From the NCBI GenBank assembly GCA_900318145.1, contig ONJM01000008.1:19388-83387 (forward strand): a stretch of 64,000 bases of DNA, read 5' to 3'. Under the pieces are notes generated by a model that was not told the origin of the DNA, ran no database searches, and saw only the letters and a program-made list of their open reading frames with translations. This DNA is from an uncultured Eubacteriales bacterium (lineage in GTDB: Bacteria > Bacillota > Clostridia > Christensenellales > Aristaeellaceae). Below, piece after piece: positions 58,223-64,000 of this stretch; position 1 is the first letter of the stretch, and the number at the start of each line of letters is the position of its first letter. The position numbers and the translations under genes are program-made.

Positions 58223-59377
58223 TTATTTCATGTAGCCTTCCACAGTGAAGCTCTGGCAGTATTCGGTCAGGGCCTTGTAGCTGGCGTCGGGGTTGACGGA
58301 GGTGAAGTAGTCCTTCATGTCGTCCCACTGCGCCTGGGCTTTGCTCACGTCCAGCGTGGGTCCCATGGGGGAATTTTCGATCATGGCCTGGAACTTCGCG
58401 CTGCTGTTGATATCAAACACGGAGGAGTCCATCCGTTCCTTTCCGGGATAGTCCTTGTACATGTTGCCGGAGATGGCGGCATCCAGCATCGCGATGGGCC
58501 AGATGGCGCTTTCAATGCCCTGGATGGTCAAGGAGACGATGTTCTTGTCGTCGCCACAGTCCGCCAGCAGGTCAGGATCGTTGTCAAAACCTCCGGTGAT
58601 CAGCTGCAGGTCTTCGCGGCAGAAGCCCATGGCCTTGGCTTCGATCATCTTGGGATAGATGAAGGTGGTGCCGGCGCAGAAGCCGACGATGCATTCCAGT
58701 TCGTCACGGCCGGGCTCCAGGAAGTAGCTGTCGCTCAGGGGCTGGAAGGCCAGGACTTCCGCGTCGCCGACGATTTCAATGGGTTCCGCGGCAGTCTCGT
58801 TGTAGGCAGCGATCGCGGCACGGAAGGACGCGTCCGCAACCGTGTGCTTCGGATAGGCGAATGCCGGGAAGATGCAGGTAGCAACCTTCTTGTAGCCGCG
58901 GGCGATGACTTCCTTCGCGTATGCTTCGCCCAGGGCCTGGCCGCTGATGTAGTTGTCGCCCATGTTGCCCAGGAACTTTTCCCGGTTCATGGCATCGTGG
59001 CTGGGGCCGTTCTCTTCGAACACGGAATCCATATCGGAGAAGAAGCCGACCACCCACAGGTCCGGATATTCATCCATGATGTTGATCACGCCGCCGTCCA
59101 TGGAAATGATGATTCCCTTGACATCCGAGGTGTAGGAATTCTTGACCTGTTTCAGGTTTCCGGCGGGGTCGTTGGACATATCGCCGTATACAACGTCGAA
59201 GGTGTAGCCCAGGTTTTCGGCGATCATCTTCCAGTACGCGACATAGAACTCATACTGGATTCCGCTGTTCAGGTTGGACAGCCACAGGATCTTGCCTTTG
59301 GACTCGGCGGATGCGGGAGCGATCGCCAGTCCCAGGAGCAGGGCCAGGGTCAGGAGCAGGGCAGTCAGTTTTTTCAT
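58223..59377 (-). CDS. Divergent class I sugar-binding protein of the CUT2 ABC system
   Basis: Signal peptide ending ASA-E; VKGIII and ITGGFD PBP1-like segments; position between the permeases. Confidence 0.75.
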   Translation of the reverse strand: MKKLTALLLTLALLLGLAIAPASAESKGKILWLSNLNSGIQYEFYVAYWKMIAENLGYTFDVVYGDMSNDPAGNLKQVKNSYTSDVKGIIISMDGGVINIMDEYPDLWVVGFFSDMDSVFEENGPSHDAMNREKFLGNMGDNYISGQALGEAYAKEVIARGYKKVATCIFPAFAYPKHTVADASFRAAIAAYNETAAEPIEIVGDAEVLAFQPLSDSYFLEPGRDELECIVGFCAGTTFIYPKMIEAKAMGFCREDLQLITGGFDNDPDLLADCGDDKNIVSLTIQGIESAIWPIAMLDAAISGNMYKDYPGKERMDSSVFDINSSAKFQAMIENSPMGPTLDVSKAQAQWDDMKDYFTSVNPDASYKALTEYCQSFTVEGYMK

Positions 59378-59449
59378 TTGGGGGTTCCTCCTTTATTGTC
59401 TTTGGGGTTAATTTCTCAGGACAGGCGTTCCTGCCTGTTGAAAACGGAA

Positions 59450-60442
59450 TCAGCGGGGCAGCGGGCCGCTCTTCTGGCGGCAGGTAATCAGCACGACCAC
59501 CAGGAAGATAATCGCCTTGATCATGAAGGTCATGCGCGTGGGCACGCCGATGATCGGCAGGCCGACCGCCAGCAGGGAGAACGTCAGGGCGCCGATCACG
59601 GCGCAGGACAGGCGGGACTTCATGCCGCCCTTAAGCGGCATGCCGCCCAGGATCAGGGATACCATGACGTTCATTTCAAATCCGGTTCCCGTGGCGTCCG
59701 AAGCGGCGCCGGTGTAGCCCATCTGGAACAGGGAGGCTGTTACCAGGCAGAAGGCCAGGAAGATGTAGGGGATCACCCGGTACTTGATGATGTTGACGCC
59801 GCTCTGCGCCGCCGCGGTCTGGTTGGCGCCGATGGAACGGGCATACTTGCCGAACTTCGTGAAGTAGAAGAAATAGCCGATTACCAGGTACTCGATCACC
59901 AGCACGATCACCATGTTGACCGGCGACCGGAAGAAGCTCAGGTCCACCCCGGACAGGATGATGTTCTTGCTGCCCACGTTGGAGTAGATGATCGTCGTGA
60001 TCCCGCTGATCACCATCATGAACACCACGGAGGAGATGACGGAATACATGTGCAGCAGCTCGCCCGCGGCGCCGTTGATAATACCGATAATCACGGCGAC
60101 CGCGATGCACGCCAGGATGCCGGGAAGCAGGCTGCCTGTCGCGTTGCCGATCAGCACCAGCATCGTGCTGTACAGGCCTATCTGCCGGCCGATACTTACG
60201 TCCATGTTCCCCAGGGAGTAGATGAATACGGCGCCGACCGCCATCAGTGCGGTCACGATCACGTCTCCGATCAGCGTGGAGAGCTTGTCGCCGGACCAGA
60301 TGCTTTCGCCCTTCAGTCCGGTGCCGATCGTGAAGAAAATAATGCAGAAGACCAGGCCGCCCAGGGAGGCAACGGTGGAACTGTGTTTTTTAATCCACTG
60401 GGTCAGGCTTTGCTTTTCTCTCTCCTGTGCAATCGCAGTCAT
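59450..60442 (-). CDS. CUT2 (RbsC-like) ABC permease
   Basis: GNMDVSIG, TKFGKYARSIGAN..AA..SG, GFEMNV, LGGMPL.GG. Confidence 0.9.
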   Translation of the reverse strand: MTAIAQEREKQSLTQWIKKHSSTVASLGGLVFCIIFFTIGTGLKGESIWSGDKLSTLIGDVIVTALMAVGAVFIYSLGNMDVSIGRQIGLYSTMLVLIGNATGSLLPGILACIAVAVIIGIINGAAGELLHMYSVISSVVFMMVISGITTIIYSNVGSKNIILSGVDLSFFRSPVNMVIVLVIEYLVIGYFFYFTKFGKYARSIGANQTAAAQSGVNIIKYRVIPYIFLAFCLVTASLFQMGYTGAASDATGTGFEMNVMVSLILGGMPLKGGMKSRLSCAVIGALTFSLLAVGLPIIGVPTRMTFMIKAIIFLVVVLITCRQKSGPLPR

Positions 60443-60452
60443 AGCGGCCTCC

Positions 60453-61958
60453 TTAAATCATGTATTCAATCAGGTCGGTTTGCTGCAGTCCCGGATTGCG
60501 CTCCACCTGATGGGTCACCTGAAAGTCCTTCATGATGATCAGCCGGTCCGCCATGCCGATCAGCTCGCTCAGCTCTTCGGAAATCATCAGGATGGCCTTC
60601 CCCTGCTTCTTCATTTCCTCAATCAGCGAGTACATGGCCTGCTTTACGCCGATATCCACGCCGCGGGTCGGGCAGTCCATGATGATGACCTCGGATCCCT
60701 TCGCGGTCCATTTCCCGAAGGAAACCTTCTGCTTGTTGCCGCCGGAAAGCGTATTCACGTACTGTTTCCCGCCGTGGCACTTGATGCGGTAGTTGTCGAT
60801 TTCCCGGTCGCTCAGCTTCTTTTCCGCCCGGGGGCTGATGAAAGTTTTCCGGATCAGCGCCGGAATGGAGGGAAGCACGATATTGTCCTGGATCGGCCCG
60901 TTCAGGATCAGAGCCTCGGTATCCCGGTTCTTGGAGATGTATCCGATGCCGCTGTTGATGGCCTGCAGGGGCGTTTTGATTTCCTTCCCGTTCCGGACAA
61001 CCCGGCCGCCGCTCAGCTTTTCCAGTCCGTAGGCAATACGCCCGATATCGTGCATGCCGCAGCCGCTCAGGCCGCCCATGCCGATGATTTCGCCCTTGTG
61101 CAGCTTCAGGTTGAAATGCTGAATCCTGCCCAGGGATACGTCCTCCAGCTCCAGGGCGACTTCATCCCGGTGGCTGGTGTCGTAATCCTCGCGGTAATAC
61201 TTGTCGCCGATCTCCCGGCCAACCATCATGTACCGGATGGTTTTCACCGAATCCGGAGCGTCCATTTCCGCCCGGTTCAGGTGGCCGATGATTTCGCCGT
61301 CCCGCAGCACGGTCAGGTCGGTGCACTGCTCGAGGATCTCGTCCATGTCGTGGGATACGAAAACGATGCCCTTTCCTTCGTCAGCCATCCTGTGAATCAG
61401 CTTGTACAGGATCTCACGGCCTTCCAGGGACAGCGCCGTGGTGGTTTCGTCCACCACCAGGATTTCCGTCCGGTCCGTCACGCAGCGGACCAGTTCGACG
61501 AGCTTCCGGTCCTCGAAGGTGTATTTGTCGATCAGGTCGCCCGCCTTGATGTGTCCGATGCCGAAGCTCTCCAGCACCTTCCGGGCTTCCTTCTTCATCT
61601 TCTGCATATTGATGATGCCGAATTTCGAGAACTCTGCCTCATGGCCGGAAAAAATATTCTGGGCCACGGTCACGCCCGGAATGGTGTTCGCCTCCTGCAG
61701 GATCATGGAGATCCCGGCATCCTGGGCTTCCACCATGCTGCCCGGCTTCCAGGGCTGACCCTTGTAGAACATTTCGCCCCTTGTCGCTGGCTGCATGCCG
61801 GAGGCTATGGACATGATCGTTGATTTTCCGGATCCGTTCTCCCCGACCAGCCCGCGGATCTCTCCCCTGCGCAGGGTAAAATCCACATCCTTCAGGGCGA
61901 TCGTCGGGCCGAATTCCTTCCGCATGTGCTTCGCTTCAAAAATGATTTCCTTTTCCAT
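60453..61958 (-). CDS. CUT2 sugar ABC ATP-binding protein (RbsA/MglA-like, two NBDs)
   Basis: GENGSGKST, VDETTTAL, LSGGNKQK, DCPTRGVDIG; alternative starts at 61967 and 61979. Confidence 0.93.
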   Translation of the reverse strand: MEKEIIFEAKHMRKEFGPTIALKDVDFTLRRGEIRGLVGENGSGKSTIMSIASGMQPATRGEMFYKGQPWKPGSMVEAQDAGISMILQEANTIPGVTVAQNIFSGHEAEFSKFGIINMQKMKKEARKVLESFGIGHIKAGDLIDKYTFEDRKLVELVRCVTDRTEILVVDETTTALSLEGREILYKLIHRMADEGKGIVFVSHDMDEILEQCTDLTVLRDGEIIGHLNRAEMDAPDSVKTIRYMMVGREIGDKYYREDYDTSHRDEVALELEDVSLGRIQHFNLKLHKGEIIGMGGLSGCGMHDIGRIAYGLEKLSGGRVVRNGKEIKTPLQAINSGIGYISKNRDTEALILNGPIQDNIVLPSIPALIRKTFISPRAEKKLSDREIDNYRIKCHGGKQYVNTLSGGNKQKVSFGKWTAKGSEVIIMDCPTRGVDIGVKQAMYSLIEEMKKQGKAILMISEELSELIGMADRLIIMKDFQVTHQVERNPGLQQTDLIEYMI

Positions 61959-62175
61959 CTGCACCATCCCGCTTTTCAATGAGTCGTCAGTTATGGAGGA
62001 TATGTATTCAGGCGCACCGTTATCTTCATGTACAATATATCATCTTAAATTCCCAAATAACACATACTCGTTTCACTTGTTTTAGCACAATATTCACATT
62101 CTGTTGAAATGATCCTGTTTTCATGATAATGTTAGCACAGAATTAACCTGAGCAATAACGCAAGGGGTGAAATCT

Positions 62176-63396
62176 ATGATCCTGCTGGATCTGCAGGATG
62201 TCTTCCGGATCATCCTGGGTGCGCATCGTGTGCAGTATCTTCTGCTGCGGTCGGACTGTTCCTCTCCCGAGGCTTCCGCCCTGGATTTCCAGTTCCGGGA
62301 CAGGCTGTATGAAAATTTTGATTACGCGGCCTTTGCCCGCGGAATCATGGAGGTCGTCCCGGAGGAATCCGTCATCGATTACAAGGATTCCTTCAGCCTG
62401 CATTATCTTGTTTTCAGGGGGCGGAACACGGAAGCCGGTTCCTTCTTTTTCTTCGGACCCTTCCTGTATCATTCATACGGGGAGGAGGATTTCCTGCGGA
62501 TGGCTGAACGCCATTCGCTGCCGCCGGACGCTCTGGAAGCCATCCGCTGGTATTTCAAGCGGATTCCGATCCTGCACGATTACCTGGCCTGGCAACAGAT
62601 CCTCGCTTCCTTTCTGGCCCGCTATCTGGCCAATCCCGGCCTGGAGATCCTCCGCGTGACCTGGGACAGTCCGGAGCGGTATGAGCGTAAGCCGTCGGTT
62701 GCCCTGTCGGCAATCCCGTATGCCTCTGTGGAAGCCCGTTACGCGGTGGAGGAATCCATGCTGGATGCCATCCGGCGGGGTGATATTGCCGAAGCAACCT
62801 ATCAGCAGAACCTGTTCATGGGTTTCTCACTGGACCAGCGGATCCCGGACCGGCTGCGGGATGCCAAGGATATGGTGATCGCTTTCAACACACTCTGCCG
62901 CAAGGCGATCCAGCAGGCTGCCGTCCATCCGCTGTATATCGACGGGATCAGCGGACAGTTTGTCACGGAAATCGAGGCCGCGGAAAACCCGGAACAGGTG
63001 AATGCCCTGATTCCGAAAATGATCCGCCACTACTGTCTCCTGGTGCAGCAGCATTCGCTGTCCCGCTATTCGGCAACCGTGCGGGACTGCCTGAACTATA
63101 TTGACTTCCATTATATGGAGCCGCTGAACCTGGAAAGTCTCGCCGCCCGTTTTTCCGTGAACAAGAATTACCTTTCAGCCCGTTTTCACAGGGAAGCGGG
63201 CATGACAGTCACGGATTATATCAATCAGATCCGTGTCAACCGGGCCTCCGCCCTGCTCCGCCATTCCTCCCTGTCCATCCGGGAGATCGCCGAGCAGTGC
63301 GGGTTTGCGGACGGCAACTACTTTACGCGGATCTATAAAAAGGTACAGGGCTTCACCCCCAACGACTACCGGAAATCCGCCCAGCGGAACCGCTGA
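62176..63396 (+). CDS. AraC family regulator with large N-terminal sensor domain
   Basis: C-terminal YLSARFHREAG, IAEQCGFADGNYF; divergent from the glycoside operon. Confidence 0.88.
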   Translation: MILLDLQDVFRIILGAHRVQYLLLRSDCSSPEASALDFQFRDRLYENFDYAAFARGIMEVVPEESVIDYKDSFSLHYLVFRGRNTEAGSFFFFGPFLYHSYGEEDFLRMAERHSLPPDALEAIRWYFKRIPILHDYLAWQQILASFLARYLANPGLEILRVTWDSPERYERKPSVALSAIPYASVEARYAVEESMLDAIRRGDIAEATYQQNLFMGFSLDQRIPDRLRDAKDMVIAFNTLCRKAIQQAAVHPLYIDGISGQFVTEIEAAENPEQVNALIPKMIRHYCLLVQQHSLSRYSATVRDCLNYIDFHYMEPLNLESLAARFSVNKNYLSARFHREAGMTVTDYINQIRVNRASALLRHSSLSIREIAEQCGFADGNYFTRIYKKVQGFTPNDYRKSAQRNR

Positions 63397-63439
63397 CCGC
63401 GGGAGCTTCCGCCGCGAAGCACCGAAAGGAGAATGCGTC

Positions 63440-64000
63440 ATGAAGGAAATCAGTCTGAACAGCGGGTGGATCTTTGATGCCCTGCCGGAGGACGCGCCGG
63501 AAGCGTTCCCGGAATCCCCCGCGGAGCTTCCCGGAACACCCGTTTCCCTGCCCCATGTGTTCTCGAGGGATGGAAAGCCCTGCCGGGGCAGGGGGATCTA
63601 TTCCCGCCTCGTGGAAGGGGACGCTTCCTGGAAAGCCGCTTACCTTTCCTTTGAGGCGGTGGACCAGTGCTGCCGGATCCGGATTGACGGGGCGGAAGCC
63701 GGGCATCATGAAGGCGGCTATTCCCGGTTCCGGGTTCCTGTTCCGGAAAGCGCCCTGCGGAAGGGGAACTTCCGGGTCGACGTCCTCGTGGACAACCGGC
63801 TGAATGAGCATGTCAGCCCGCATTTCGGGGATTTCACCGTCTTCGGCGGTATCCTGCGGCCGGTTTCCCTGCTCGTCTGCGATGAAACGCGTTTCGACCG
63901 GGCTTACTTCGGCACGGACGGCCTGATTCTCCGGGCTTCGGTGGACGGGAACGGCAGCGGCCTGGTCCGCCTGGAGCCGCATATTATCGGCGGAGAACAG
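63440..64000 (+). CDS. GH2 glycosidase (beta-galactosidase/beta-glucuronidase-like), N-terminal part; runs off window, so absent from the ORF track
   Basis: AAAGGAG SD; MKEISLNSGWIF...VSLPH...LSFEAV...HEGGYSRF...VDN...GDFTVFGGILRPV. Confidence 0.88.
   Translation, partial: MKEISLNSGWIFDALPEDAPEAFPESPAELPGTPVSLPHVFSRDGKPCRGRGIYSRLVEGDASWKAAYLSFEAVDQCCRIRIDGAEAGHHEGGYSRFRVPVPESALRKGNFRVDVLVDNRLNEHVSPHFGDFTVFGGILRPVSLLVCDETRFDRAYFGTDGLILRASVDGNGSGLVRLEPHIIGGEQ

Overview
GC-rich (~60% by eye) chromosomal window from an anaerobic Firmicute. Gene content and sigma-A promoters point to Clostridia; a rumen or gut Christensenellales-like organism is my inference. I found no phage, IS, integrase or CRISPR. 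The left half is housekeeping and cell envelope: VanY-type carboxypeptidase, heterodimeric ABC exporter, metY, L,D-transpeptidase, PrsA, aminotransferase plus Re-citrate synthase, tRNA-Leu(CAA), murG, and the ylbF-mltG-U32-vanW genes downstream of rnj. The right half holds two carbohydrate loci. One is a beta-mannan oligosaccharide phosphorolysis locus (ABC, epimerase, LacI, two GH130, GH2). The other is a ~16 kb glycoside/uronate locus (CUT2 ABC, GH78, two His-type GH3, beta-PGM, esterase, HAD, uxuAB, with divergent AraC and GH2). Top candidates: (1) a T-box riboswitch with a probable Val (GUA) specifier controlling an XRE-cupin/branched-chain acyl-CoA synthetase fusion, suggesting amino-acid-starvation-induced salvage of isobutyrate towards valine; (2) a GH3 phosphorylase + beta-PGM module with a second variant GH3 + HAD + uxuAB, suggesting phosphorolytic stripping of plant rhamno-glucosides and possibly glucuronides; (3) a pore-less, charge-remodelled voltage-sensor protein; (4) an unannotated 57-aa monocistronic ORF; (5) two small intergenic repeat families. 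All functional calls come from motif recognition by eye, with no database searches.
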